Shown piece after piece: positions 1 to 15,598 of a stretch of DNA of 64,000 nt. Both the position numbers and the translations under genes were made by a program. Within the stretch, counting starts at the first letter, position 1. Every line of letters begins with the position of its first letter. The notes below the pieces were generated by a model. It searched no databases. It had not been told where the DNA came from and saw nothing but the letters and a program-made list of their open reading frames with translations. The stretch lies in NCBI RefSeq assembly GCF_009914755.1, contig NC_060935.1; one strand, written 5' to 3'. The DNA comes from the human T2T-CHM13v2.0 reference genome, Homo sapiens.

Positions 1-354
1 GGACACTGTGGGCTCCCTAGAGACAAGGATTCTGTGTTCCTCACAGATGTAGCCCTTGTATCTAGCATAGCACCTGACACACAATTGGCTCTATTAATAT
101 ATGTTAAGCACATGAATGAGGCCAAAGGTATGACAGGGTGCCTCAAGGAGTGTGATCAAATAACAGGTCTCATTCTCAGATTGTCAAGTCAGTTTACCAG
201 ACAGAAAGCATTCCTTTGTAGAACAGCACTTGTTTAAACAAAACTAAACATAGCAATGCCAATTTACAGCAGGATCTGTTAGGTGGGCCAGACAACCCCA
301 TTAAGCAATCTTGTGTATTTTTACCATCTAATAAAACTACATGGGAAAAATTTT

Positions 355-1450
355 GGTCCAATCAAGATGGAGTAAGCACACTCTGATTCTCCCACTGAAT
401 ACAGCTAAAAATCCTGGACAGAGCTGGAGAAGCTAGTTGAGAACTCTGAAAAATAAGTAGTAATAAGTGAATTGGGGAAAAATAACAGAACTCAAAACAT
501 CACTGAATCATGCATGAGTTTCTTGGACCTTTTTCCCCAATATCTTCAGATTTAGACTCAAAAGCAGCCAAATCGTGGAACTGTGCACCAGATGTAAGCA
601 GAAAAAGCTCCAACAGAAGTTTATTTCCAGTCTGAGGAAAAGAAAATGACACCCTACAAATCAGAGAGCATGGAGAAAATTCTATTTTTGTTTTTTCTTT
701 TCTTCTAGTTAAGCCCCCAGGTAACCCTGGCAAGGTGATGATAGTAAGCGGTGGGTGCAAAGGCAACAGTGTCTGGGTGGATGCTTATAACTCTAAGGAT
801 GGAAACCCTTCTCTGTGACCAAAGGAACTGTATCCCAACAGTGTGCGGGGGAAAATTCTCTGTTGGTTTGTTCCTTTCTCTAGCCTTTCCCCACTTGGTT
901 CCCATGGCAGGGTGATCTCAGGGACAGAAAGTGAGAGGCAGAGGTGAAAACTAAAGTCTCAGATTTCTAGCCAGAAGACCAGGAGGTGGGTGGGAGAGGC
1001 TGGAACCTGGAGTGGGACAGGGAGACAGTAGGGCAGTGAGGTGGGGAGTGCTAAGAAAGTAGTCCTATAGCATTGAGTATGAACTCTTAGTTTCCCCCTA
1101 AGTTGTACAGGCATTGATTTGACTCTGGTCAGCATACCAACTTTTGAGAACTCAACTATGGGATGGAACAATGCCCAGGGCTAAAGACTGACCACTCAAT
1201 GAGGCATATGTTTGATAAACTTTGATAGCACTGCAAAGGCTTTGAAAACTGACAGTTGGAGGCGCAGCCTAAGAAGGTAAGTGGGAACTTACAGACTAAA
1301 CTAACCAGGTTGTTTGCCTATACTTAAAAAAAAATCAATATTCTCCATTAGATTTAAACAGCACCCAAGATTGCATAACATTATATTTGAAATGTCCAGA
1401 ATATGGCAACTGTATACAATTATTTGGAAGTGATGTAAAGAGCCCAGAAA
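355..1450 (+). mobile_element. Ancient L1M (L1MC/MD-like) 5' region fragment
   Basis: Begins caagatggagtaagcacact...actgaatacagctaaaaatcctggaca, resembling old L1M 5' ends. Highly diverged, boundaries approximate. Confidence 0.45.
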
Positions 1451-2419
1451 CTTTTACTAATCTTCTTGCTTCATTTTTAAACTCAGACTGTTGATACCAT
1501 CTTTCTTTAAATGATTTAGTAGAATTCACTGAGTTATATTCAATTCTTTTTTCTTGCTGCTTTGGCCCTAGAGAGAAACTCTGGCTCATTAAATAATTTA
1601 TTAGTTGACTCATTCAGAGATTAAGTCACTGATTAAAAAGACATTTATTGAGTACTTACTGCATGTCAGACACTGTGCTGGATGCTGCTGACAGAAACAT
1701 AAGTAAGATGAATCTGTGTCCTCAAAAAAAAAAAAACGATTCAACATATAAGTATGGGCTCAGTGGTAGAAGCTTGTGGGGACCAAAGGAGTTTCATCTT
1801 CTTAGGCAAACTTTAAAGTCTTAAGTGCGCATAATAAAATGGTTTGTTTTATTCAAAGTTCTTTTCTTATCCAGTAAATGGTAGGCATGTTAATTAGTTG
1901 GCATGATAGTGCACCAAAGAACAGGACTTCATTCAGTAGTATTTACTTTGTTCAACGATTATTTTTTAGGGTCTGCTATGAGCCAGGATTAACCTAGCCA
2001 TGAGGTTCTGTACTAAGCCGACTTGACTTGCCAGGTGCTCTCTGGCTGGATCTGCCTCACAGCAGCATGTAGAGAGGAAATGGAAGCAGGAAAGGGCTGC
2101 TTTTCCTTCTTTTTTTCTTTATTCAAAACTACATCCTTGAGTTAGACCACTTAACATTCACTCCTAATTTTCATATTGTTTAAACAAATCAGAAGCCTCC
2201 AAAAGGATTAGCAGAAACTACAACTCTCCAATCTGTGATTATAATTTAACTTTACAGCCGCTCAAAACATGTTCTTTAATTCATCAGGGAAACTGGAACT
2301 TTGAAGTAGCTGTTAAACAAAGGAAAATCAGACTGTCTTAACAGTGCAGAATCAAAGAATGTCTGAGATGCAAGAGATTTCAGAGAGCATCTACTTTACA
2401 AGCTGAAGAAAGGAAGCCC

Positions 2420-2575
2420 TTGGGCTGAATTTGGCCTTTAGATATGTTTTATTTGGCCTAAATGCCGTTTTATGGAAATCTCACATTAATATCAAGCTTT
2501 GTGGATTCTCTTGATAATTCAGAAGATGTGACAACACTGGCTCCATATTCTCACATGGCAAATGCTCTGGACCCT
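2420..2575. mobile_element. MER102-like hAT-Charlie DNA transposon fragment
   Basis: Motifs gaatttggcc..tgttttatttggcc and tctcttgataattcagaagatgtgacaacactgg..cacatggcaa resemble MER102. Confidence 0.5.
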
Positions 2576-5500
2576 GTCTCATCCAAGATTGTGACCTTCT
2601 AATTTTGTCCAATAAACTAATTTTAAAGATAAGGAAAATAAGACCAAGAGGACTTCCCTAAAGTCATACCTCTAGTTAGTAGCAGCTAGCCTCAGAATAC
2701 TTGCCTCCTAATTTCTTGGGTAGTGTTATTTTCATTATGTGAGGCTAAGGAACCACTGTTTAAGAATGATTTGGCAAATTAACTCATGACCATACAATAA
2801 TAAAACAAGCAGCAGTTTATTTTTAAAAAATCTGGAGTTAAATCTTTGTGTTAGTTCTTATTCTAGGTACTAAAATACTTTCAGATTGTCCTCACTGTTT
2901 CTTCTGTACCCATTAGTAAGGAAAGGATAGTAAAAGGAAGGAAGATATAAGGGAAGGGATCCAAGTATTTTCTTGGAAGATGATTATACATCTGGAAAAC
3001 ACCACTGGATAACATACTATAACATTGCAATGAAAAAAAAAACTGCAGTGAATCAAATTCTCCCTACTGTCATTTATTTTGTGAATCTACTCATTCTTTA
3101 TGCATATGGCAAATGGATTTCAGTTATGCACAGTGGATGATACCATATTTTTTCTGCTGTGACAGAAGGGCAGAACATCCCTCCCTCCAAGCCAGAATTA
3201 ATCTTTTGCCATTATATGCTCCCACAGAAATGTGTTTATATCTCTATTACAACACACAATACTTTCTGTCATGCATTAGAATTATCTATGTGCTTGTCTA
3301 TGCCCACCACAGAGTAGGAACTCCCTGAAGGCTAACATTTGTCATGTTTATCTTGGATCTTCCATAGTTTCTAACACCATGGCTTAGACTAGGCAATCCA
3401 TTTCTTCATTTTGCATTTGCTAAATGCCTATTCTGTGCAAAAGCCTCTAAACATATCATGGGATTCAGAGATTACTTCAGAGTAGAAAATCAGCACTATG
3501 TGGATCAGACACACATTGATCTTGTTTATCATTGTATTTCCAGCACCCAGAACACTGCTCGACATTGTCAGGAATATACCAGTGGATCATACTTATGATG
3601 GTTGAAGGTGGAATAGACTTACTGTATGGAATCTAACATAAAGTGGGCCCAACAGAGAAATGAATGTTGTAATGAAGGTGCAGGTAGCTTTTTGGGAACA
3701 TAGATCAAGTTTAATAAAACAAATGACTAGCTATTGATTTAGGGCTTGGGCAGTGACTGGTGTTGTAGGGAAGAAAACAAATAGTCTATGAAAAGGGTGG
3801 AGTAACTGATGACATCACATAAATCATTCATCCTATGCCTAACACTATACTGCCTATTCTTTGTCAGGCAGCATGGCAATACTGGAAACCCAGAGCTGTA
3901 TCCACATGCCTGTAGAGACACCAGTTCATAATATTTGCAGTGTCTCCAGTTTATTTTGTGCCTGAAATACAGGCAGTTGACCTCTGAATGCTCATATTGA
4001 AATGCAAATGAACACAGCAGCTGCAGAAAGAAGAGGCTTCTTCAGGGAGCTTCAAAAATTCAACAGGGATTGCACACTTCTCCGTGCAGAACATCAAATT
4101 TTAAATTTAAATGATTCACCATGAACAGCCAGTTGGCAGCCCTCTGATGGATATATTATTTTAGATACCATATCTCTCATTCACATTACAGTATTTTGCA
4201 GAACTTCCATATGGTGTGTAAATGAAAGAATTCCACAGGGACATGAGGGCTAATGGTTATGATATTATTTAAAAGATTGTGTGGCAAAAACCATAGCATT
4301 AGAGTCTTCTTACTATACTAAGATCAAACTCCTAGACCAGACTTTTCCCACTTGGCCCTGTCTGTTTATCTTCATCGCCACCATTCTTTTCAATGAGTTA
4401 TATTTTAACTGTGTTTTATAATGTTTCCTGAAGATGTGGCTTTCTCATTTTTGTCCAATTAGCTTCTTATCATACGTTAAAACACAATCTAGTGGTCACT
4501 CTACGATGAATCCTTGATAGCCTTTCCCAGGTAGAATTGAAAATGATTCTTTTTTCAGGGCTCCCTCACTTTGAAAAGGAGAAAAATAATACTTTCTTTT
4601 AGAGTTGTGAGAATTAGAGATAATACATATGGAAGTTATGACCCCACAACAGGTACCAAATAATTAGAAACTTGCTAATTGTTATTGTACATCTAGTACA
4701 ATTTACATACACAAGATCACTATTAGTATATTTACATAATTAACACTTTCCATCTTTGAAAATTTGAGAATTACTGTGCTTATTTATTCACACAGTGTTC
4801 TAGAGTTTATGCTTCTGACAATAAGAGATGCAAAAAATTTAAGTTCGTTCAAGATTTTATTTCTAATTAAAAATAATGAGCATGCTAAATGAAGATTCCA
4901 TCTCTTATAATAAGCACTGTAATTGAAATGAAGTAGAAAATTGCAAAAACGAATTACATTGCAGTATGTAAACCTACAAAGAATTGAACCAGAAAATGCA
5001 GAGTTCACATATTGCACACATGAGAGATTAATCATCATCTCTAATACAAGAGATTTGATTAGGGTAGAAAGTAGATCTATATAAAATGATTAATATTGAA
5101 TCATTTTTATCAAAAAGTATTTATGAAGCTCCCTCTTCTGAGTGTAGTGGCTATTGTACCAATGGTGCAAATTTTGTAGGACATAGATATTCCTTTAAAA
5201 TCACAACATTATTTCAACCATGGCAATAATTATTTTCTATAAGCCATTTTATTCTGAAATATTTCAAAGGTAGCCATTAAAGAAGAGATAGGAGAGGAAA
5301 GTAGCACCACAGGTGCTACATTCTAGATGCTTTACACACTTATGACCTCATGTAGCCCTCACAGCAAACACATAAGCTAAGCATCATTTTCTGCCCTTGC
5401 TTAGATGAGATCCAAGAGTTAGAATAAAATGCTAAATGACATAAAGCTAAAACATACTTGGGGAGAATTTCAAACCCAGTTCAATCTGACTCTTTCAACT

Positions 5501-5934
5501 ATGCTATCTGCAGTATACCTAAAACGAACATTTTCTAAATTATTATCATGTTTAGAAAGAAGTAACAAAGATAAGAAACTGCTTAAATACACTATCCACC
5601 TTACCACTATGAATACACATTTATTTCATTATAACCCAGACTTCAATTCCTTTGATTTATGGGATCACCCAGCTCAGCACATAGCTCAGGAGCTGCATGC
5701 TGGAGGGAGCTACGAGGAAGGGGTGGGGGCGGCAGACACCTGCCTTCTGACATCTGATCTTTTAATCAAAACATGATATATATGCATGTATTTATACAAC
5801 GAGTATGTATTGAGCACCAACTGTGTGCCAGGGTGTTCTAGTTAACAGAGATTTCAGTAAATATTTGTTAAGAATCTAGTGTGTCCTAAAATCCGTAAAA
5901 TTGCAGTAGAGGAATTAGTCTCATGCGTATGCAT

Positions 5935-6586
<652 letters not shown>

Positions 6587-7651
6587 TAGAAATCTTCATG
6601 ATTGGGCTGCATAGAATACAAATTGCTTTTCTAATTTTGATGGACCCCTTATTTTACCTAGATTATGGAAAACTATTATTCTTTCATTTGGGAAATTGAA
6701 GTAGCTTTTATTCTCCTGTATTCCTTTTACTTGACTGCCAAGCAATGGGAATGTAACCCAGGCTCAGTAAATTGGCAGCTGTATTCCAGGAATCTGGAGA
6801 AAGCTAAGTACAGCAAAAGAATGATCAGTATTTATTTGCAATCAAGTTCATGATAGGGTGCAAATGTAGTCATACTCTGGCCAAATTGCTAAAAGCAGAG
6901 TTTCCTGCTGCCTGGAATCCTTTGGACCTGGGCCAACTTTCCAAACTTGGTCTTTTAGCTACTAGTACATCCAGGTGGTGGGGGTGGGCAATATCCTTTA
7001 AATTAATACTATTTACTTCATTTATTTATCCTAAAAAAGTCAAACTAAAATTGGTTTTTAGTGATTGCAACAAAATCTCTGTCATGAGTCAAAATGTTGT
7101 TTGGAAAAGCAACCTACAGTCAACTGGATACATATTTACTAATTATTTAAGTTCCAATTCAACTATTGATTTTCATAATAATTAGTGGCTTGGCTCTATT
7201 CAGTGTTTGATGGGCTTGTATGAAGGCCTATAGTCCAAGAGAATTACATTATTCAACTTTATATCAAAGTAGAACCATGGACCAAAAGTTTTCCTGAGCC
7301 AAATTATTAAAGAAAATGCAAACATCAAATTCAGTTCACTACTGGCTTCTCCTGATCTGGAATAGCATAGGCCTTGCACCCTGGAACCTGATTTCACAAG
7401 GGAGAATACCTTCCCATTATCTGTGACTATTTGAATCTAGTAATTCTGTGTAGAGAAAGAATCACCAGATGAATTTTCTTCCTTTTCTTGTCTGCTGAAT
7501 AAACTTAATTAAATATTGCCTGAGAGGATAAGAGAAAACCCGGGGCCATGCCTTATGGACGTACTCATGTATGTACTCCAAAGAGAATGATAAATATGGG
7601 AGGAAGGAACAATGACAAGAGGGAAACTGAAACAAGAAACTAAAAATTTCA

Positions 7652-7867
<216 letters not shown>

Positions 7868-8734
7868 TTAGACAATCAATTAAAACATATGTTTTGCTTT
7901 CTAAATTTTTCCATGTGATGTTCAATAATACCTATTCAGGATTTTTAAAAAATCCCCCTTTGAAGTTATTTACTATGTTTCAGACTTAATTTTCCTCTGT
8001 GCTAGAGACAGAGGTAAGATTTTGATACAACTAAGATGGTGTTATTGCTAGGGGATCTAGGAATACAGAATTCTATAAAACTATAGCCACTGTTCTGCAT
8101 GAGGTTTACTTATGTGATACAGTCTTACCAAACAATGACTGTACCTCATATGTGAAATTAAAATGCCTTATTATTCAAAACATGGTCATTTGGAATGAAA
8201 TAAACCTAAATTTTACATCAAGGGGACCTATTCCTCAGCCTCAGATGCACATCTTACAATAGTAAGATTTGGCAGCTCTACAGGGAACAGGTTAAAGAAC
8301 TCAAGGGTGCCGAAGTTCCAGAGAGCCAGGATTTCTACCTCACTCAGAGAACAGGGAACAAAATGGCCAGGCTTGCCTCCAGATAAGAATGTGCCCCACT
8401 TCAACTTATTTCCATAGCAAGAGTGTATGAGGAAAGAGAGAAAAGGCTATACCCGTGTCCCTGACTTTGAATCCATAGTACCTCTGCACTCTATCACAGG
8501 TGGCCCAGTAAGTATCCTGGAATCTAGCCAAATTATTATACAAAGAGTAATTTTTTCTAAGGAAAAATCCTTAGAAAAGAAGTATTTGGTGGATTTTCTT
8601 CTCCAGGGGTCACAATTTGACCTTCATATTTAAAAATTATTAAGCACTAGCATCGTACCGGCATTATCCTATAGAATTGTGGGCATGAATAGGCCATGCA
8701 ACTTACTCTTAAGATGTTGTAACCTAGAGGGAAT

Positions 8735-8940
8735 GTTTAATTGGAGAGAAAGGGAGGGGGGCAAGGGCTGAAGAACTACCTGTTGGCTACTGTGCTCACT
8801 ACCTGGGTGATGGGTCTAACCATACCCCAAACCACAACATCATGTAATAAACCTTTGTAACAAATGTGTGCATATAGCCCCAATTCTAAAATAAGAGTTG
8901 AAAAAGAAATGAAAATAAAAGCAACAAAAAAATCAGACAA
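8735..8940 (+). mobile_element. Old L1PA/L1PB 3' end fragment
   Basis: L1 3'UTR motif aactacctgttggctactgtgctcactacctgggtgatggg..ccccaaacc..tctaaaataagagttgaaaaa. Confidence 0.8.
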
Positions 8941-9743
8941 ACAGCAACAACACAAATCCAAACTCTTCCTAGAAAAGAAGAGATAATTTGTAGCTTTGGT
9001 CAAAGGAGAAAGCTATAATGATTTCTCCCGTGCCACAGTCTAGGCAAAACACAAAAATTCCAGGTAGAATTCAGAGGCAACAGGCAGTGAGCTCTAAGAA
9101 ATGTCACACATATAGAGCAGGTCTTAAGTGACTAGCTTATTTTTTTTTTACCAGATTACCTCACACTAAACTTTCACAGACATACTTCTTGGCCAGTATT
9201 TCCAAAAATTTTGTAAATTGAGAGCAGCCTTTACAGGTTACACCAAATATAGAGAGATTTAACAACTTGCCCAAGGTTACAGAGATAGAAAATGGCAGAG
9301 AAGCACTACTGCTACACACAGCTTTGTATAATGCCATGGATTACATAGCTATAGTATAGATAAGAGGTTTTAGACCATAAAACATTCTTAAACGTTGCTT
9401 TTATATTTTGCTAGAATTTCACAGATGTAAAACGTGGCAATTAAAGCAGAATATATAAAACAGTCTAATCGGAAACCTTCTGGCAATAAGAGTTTGCACT
9501 TAGTTTATAAATGCACAAACCTCTCCACTGTGACTCATAGAGATTTCTGACTTGCATTTATTTGAGTTTCATTTCTCCAAACAATGTAATTTTTGGTTGA
9601 ATTCTTTCTTAGATTTACATTCTTTTATGTGTTCGGAAGTGTTGTGATTCTTGGCTCTGTGAAATTGCTAGAAAAAAAGTGCAGAAGAAATATTCCTAAT
9701 ATTGTTGTAATTTATTGAGTTTTATTAAATGCCAGAGACTGTG

Positions 9744-10157
9744 TGTTATGGACTAAATTACGTCCCCTCAAATACCCTCAATATGTTGAAGAAACTCTAA
9801 TTCCTAGTGTGATGGTATTTGGAGATGAAGTTTTGGGAAGTAATTAGGTTTAGATAAGCTAATGAGGGTAGCCTGTTCATGATAGGGTTAATGTCCTTAA
9901 GAGAAGAGATACCAGTGACTTGATAAAGAAGATACAAAAAAAATTTGATTCATGCCCTGAATTTCTCTCCCTTTCTGCCAAGTGTGGACATAGCAAGAAG
10001 GAGGCTGTCTGTAGGCTGGAAAATGAGCCTTCACCAGAACCCAACTATGTTCACATCCTGATCTCCGGCTTCCAGCCTCCAGCGCTGTGAAAAAAAAAAT
10101 TTGTTTAAGCCACTGTGTCAATGTTATTTTCTTATGGCAGCCCAAGCTGACTTAACA
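9744..10157 (+). mobile_element. MLT1A-type MaLR solo LTR inserted into a MIR
   Basis: TG...CA termini (tgttatggactaaatt...gcagcccaagctgacttaaca). 5-bp TSD ctgtg/ctatg. MIR sequence continues on both sides (about 9705-9743 and 10158-10355). Confidence 0.85.
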
Positions 10158-11814
10158 CTATGTTAAATGCTTCATAGGTACTATTCCATGTTCTTCTCAT
10201 AATATCTCTATCTGCTAGGCATTTAATATTATCCCAAATTTACAACTGAAGAAAGTGAAGAAAGAGAGTTTAAGCAATTTGTCCAGTGTCATAGAGCTAT
10301 TAAGTGGCAGAGCCAGGATATAAATCTAGCCTGTCAAATGCCAAAGCTTGTACAAAACCACTTTACTGTGATGTCTTCAGTGTGCATAACTTTTCATTTC
10401 CATAAACCCACCACTCACAAATCAATCAATTTAATCACATTATCACATTTATTAATATGAGATACATGAGTTTACCCTATATTTCTTTGTGGCACATTTT
10501 TTAGGTCTGATGGACCCAGCTCTTCCTGCAGTTACTATCTGAAAGATGCACATTAGGGATAGTTTCTAGCCTTCTATTCACTCTTAGTAATTTTGCACCA
10601 GGGATTCTTCATTACCACTGCATGTCATTAAGATGTCAGATATACTCCTCCTAATTGGCTGTACAACAGCCACATGTGCATATTTCAAATTTGAAATATT
10701 TTAAGCAGAACTCATCTTCTGTACCTCAATCTCACCCCTTTCCCTATTTCTCTACTTGCAAAATTTTCTCAATCACCTAAAATTGAATCTTTTAAGTCAC
10801 CCTTGTCTTCTCCCTTTCCTTCAGCCCTGCAGAGGATCACCAAGTTTACCTCATTCTTCTGTCACCTAACAATAACTTCTGTGACACCCTCAAATTCCCA
10901 GCAGCTTAATAAAATAAAGGTAATCTCTCCCTCACCCAACAAATTCTGAATTATACTGTCAGATTAATATTTTTAAATATGGTTTTTGATTACCTCGTTT
11001 TCTTCAAAATTCTTCAACAATTAAGATATAGAAGAAAATTCCCCAAATCATGGTTTGGCATGCATGGTTAAAAACATCTTTTCAAACTTGCATTCCCAGC
11101 CTTATTTGTTACAATCTATGACACTGAGTAGGACATGTATTTTCTCAACTCCATTATTCAGTTTGCCAAACTGTTTAAGCTTGAAATACTCTGCCTCCAA
11201 CTCCCTGTCTCACAGCCCAACTAAACTTCAGGATTCAACTCAAAGACTAGCTATGTCATTAATCCCTAATTTCCCCAGATGCATGCATTCTCTACTTCTC
11301 TAATGCCTAGAGCCCTTAAGTCACATTTCAACTATTTTCTACTTATCATGTGTAACCTTGTATTGAAGGTATTCCCAGATAAATTATAAAATACCTGATG
11401 GAAGAGATTAACCGCTAACTATTCTTGGCCTCCTCTCTTGTAACTCTTAAAACCAGTTCAGAATCTTGCTTAATGGATGTAAGAAGTGATAATTTGATAA
11501 AGAAGATATGAAAGAAATTTAACTCATGCCTTGAATTTGTATCAATACTTCATTGGAAAGAAATCATGTGCCATTTAGGTTATATTTAATATCTGCTCTG
11601 ATAGTCATGAACCCTTGAGCTGATCAGTAAAATGTTTTCCAAGCAACAGCTCAAATATCCTGGATCTATTCCAAAATAAATTGAATTGGCAGGGTCAGTG
11701 GGAATCACTATGGTAACAGATGGATCCTTTAACTCTTGTAGTCACTTTGGTGTAGATTGGCATTTACATATCATGACAAAGCCCTGCTGCTGTCCATCAG
11801 GAGCAGGAGAAAGG

Positions 11815-12220
11815 TATATCAAGTCAGGGTAATTAACAGTAGCTGCTATGACAACAGACTCAAATAACCAGTAGCTTAATACAATAAAAGTTTATTTCTT
11901 GCTTATATCACAATCTAATGTAGATTGTGAAGTGCTCCTGAGTCTTTTAAGTGACTCAGAGAGCCAAGCTCTTTCTAACACATGATTTTGCCATCTTTGG
12001 ATCCCTTTTTTTCTAGTCACATGAATGTAGGAGGGAGATTGAGACCAGGATCTTTTGTGAATTTTTAGAACGCAGGCCTCTAAGTAGCACACATCACTTT
12101 AGCTCATATTCTATCAACTAATTCTAGTCAGGTACTGCAAAGTAGGTTTGTAAATGGTGCTTTCCTATGTGCTCAGGAAAAGGAAATGGATTTGCTGAAC
12201 ATCTAGCCTATCTTTGCCAT
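11815..12220 (-). mobile_element. MLT1J-like MaLR LTR
   Basis: Motifs gcttaatacaataaaagtttatttcttgct, aagtagcacacatcactt..gctcatattc and ggaaaaggaaatggatttgctgaaca. Confidence 0.6.
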
Positions 12221-12904
12221 ACCAAAGCTTCAGCACCTGAAGGAATTTGATATCTGGATCTGATGGTTATTGTTCTGGAAGAAGGACCCTGAAAAGGCAT
12301 TTGCCCTGGGTCTATTGGTAGCGGCAAAATTCTTTTAACATAAAATTCCTTCAAATAACCAGACCTTCTTTAGTAGAATTCCATGGCAGGGCTATGCTCA
12401 GTAATACCCAACAACTTTGCATTGGTATTCATTCTCTAGCTCAAATATGTCAGCTATGCGCCATACATATCTATAGTCAGCTGCACCTTACCTATCCCAC
12501 TTTATTTCTACCTATGTATAGTGTCTTCTCTCCTTGTTTTAATCTTCCTAATCCATTTCTGTCTGTGAACATGGCAGGCAAATTCTGAGACCCCCTCCAG
12601 AGGTAGAGGGTTTTGGGAATTAGAATGCCTTCTTTATTGATCACGGACAAATAGAAAACCTCTTCATGATGGACTCTTCTACTCCAGCTCCACTTCCCTA
12701 TTTCCTCAGGCTATTCTCTCTACTTGGCCACTTACCCATACCACACTCGCTTACCCACAGGATACCCATGCTGTCTCCTCCAATTGCCCTTGGATACTCT
12801 GACCTGAACTGATTTCTCCTGTCCACAGACTTCCATGACTTACTCTTTGACTCACACATTCCAGTGATGTTTGATAATCAGACAATCTGCTTACAGCTCC
12901 ATGG

Positions 12905-13503
12905 CAGTCAATGTTATCTGCTACAAAAAAGGCCAGTTCAAGTCCTGTCTTTGTCTAAGTCCTCTAGTGGCTTCATGTCTCAATTGAGTAAAAGCCAAAG
13001 TCAGCACAGTGGCCCACACAGCTTTCCAAGATCTCACCTTCTGTGACCTCTTTGACATTATCTTCTACTTGTTTCCCCAACTTACTTTGCTCCAGCCACT
13101 TTGGTCTCCCATCTGTTTCCTTACCTATGACAGTTCCCACACCTCTCCAGGCTTTATTCCTGTGATTTCCTTCTCCTGAAATCATCTTCTCCCTTAACGA
13201 CTTGGGTCACACCTTCCTCACTTTCTGGGCTTTATACAAAGTTTCTCTCTTCAGTAAGGTCACCCTCCCCAACATTCTAAATCCTATCTCCCTGCTTTAT
13301 TTTTCTTCCAGCAATTATCACCATCTAATATAGTATATATTTCACTTATCTATTTTGTTTTACTCTGTCTCCCCTAACAGGAATGTATGTTCCACGAAGG
13401 CAAGAATTTTTGTCTGTTTTGTTTACTTCTGTAACTCCAGTATCTAAAATGCCTACTGATACATAGTAGTTATTCAATAAGTATTTGCTGAAGGGATAAA
13501 TGA
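12905..13503 (+). mobile_element. L2a 3' portion
   Basis: Typical L2 3' sequence ending acatagtagttattcaataagtatttgctgaagggataaatga. Confidence 0.75.
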
Positions 13504-13648
13504 CTCTTCTAGTTTTAATCTTTTAGTATATCTTTTATTCCTTAGCAGAATGTAGAGACCCTGAAGTTAAGTACTAGATCATATATTTTCCTTGTATTCC
13601 ACTCCAGGGTTGCCCAATGTTGCAAAGGGCTTAATAATAATTTACTAA

Positions 13649-14121
<473 letters not shown>

Positions 14122-15354
14122 TAGGTGTCAGTTCTCTGTAATTTTTAAAGGTAGTGACACTGGCAATTACTGAAATGTCAAAACACTAGGCCAACCATGA
14201 GGGCTGTGGCAAAAACCTTCCCACATAGTTGTCATGGTGATGTGGGCAAACTCATATATAGCATCTGACACTCAGCCATAAAATTGAAATTAAAGTTAGC
14301 TTTTTATAATATCTTAGAGAATGGCACCTGTTATAAAACAGGTATACCGTACCAAAACACCTACATGCATATGAAGAATAAGGTTATGAATAGGCAGAGG
14401 AAACATCTGTTTTTTGTTTTTATATTAAATGTTATATTCTAGTAATATGCTGTAAATCATCATTCCTAGCCTAGATATTATTGGGATATATATTTACTAA
14501 TACCACATATTGTATTTCTTTTCCACAACAACCTAAATGCAAATATTTTCTAAAGCACAATCGATTGTAAGTGTAAAGTTTTAATATAACATTTCTTGAG
14601 ATCCTTTCATAGGATCTTTACCTATATCATGCCATTTTATCCCCATCATGACTCTAAAATATAATTATTGTCTGAGTTGTATAAATGAAGAAGGCAGGGC
14701 TAAGTAACTGGCCCCCGGTTACAGAGTGAGTGAATGGTGGAGCTGAATTTAACATAAGTGATCACTCCAAAGCTCTCACTCCTGTTCATTTCACAGCATG
14801 GCTTACCTGAGTCATCTGAGAGACTGGGAGAGAATGAATCACTGAGCAGCTCAAAAGGGATAAGCTTAGGGATTAAAAGCAGGAGGAGAAAAACATCCCT
14901 TTGTAAAGTAAATTTCCATTTGGTTACAGACATCAAAATCACAAAAGATATGAGAGATAAGGGACTTGGTTATTTGCTAGAATTCTTTGAAGCCTGAGAA
15001 ATAAGTCTGAAAGAGGATTATTTTATGTTTTATAGATATATATGTATAAAAGGACAAATAGATATTTGTCCTTATACATTTCTGAACAGGTTTATTAAAG
15101 TACTATTGACATAGAATAAACTGCACATATTGAAACTGAACACTTTGATAAGTTTTCACACATGTATACTCTCATGAAACCACACAAAAGTCAAGATACT
15201 TAACATATCCATCACCTCCACGACGTTCCTCCCGCACTTTTGTAATCCATCACTCCCCATTCCCATCCCCAGGCAACCACTGATTTGCTTTCTGTCACTC
15301 TAGATTACTTTGCATTTTCTAAAGTTTCATAGAGATTGAATCACACAGTATGTA

Positions 15355-15598
15355 CTTTTTTTTTTTTTTTTTTTTGGCAGGATCTAACTCCTTTATCCTG
15401 GCTGGAGTGCAGTGGTGCAATCCTAGCTCACTGCAGGCTTAAGCGATCCTCCTGCCTCAGACCCCCAAGCACCTAGGACTATAGGTATGCGCTGTCACAC
15501 CTGGCCAATGTTTCTATTTTTTTGTAGAGTCGGGGTCTCCCTATGTTACCCAGGTTGATCTCGAGCTCCTGGCCTCAAGTGATCCTCCTGCCTTGGCT
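15355..15598 (-). mobile_element. AluJ, internally deleted
   Basis: Poly-T followed by ggctggagtgcagtggtgcaatcctagctcactgcag..tcaagtgatcctcctgccttggc. Confidence 0.9.
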
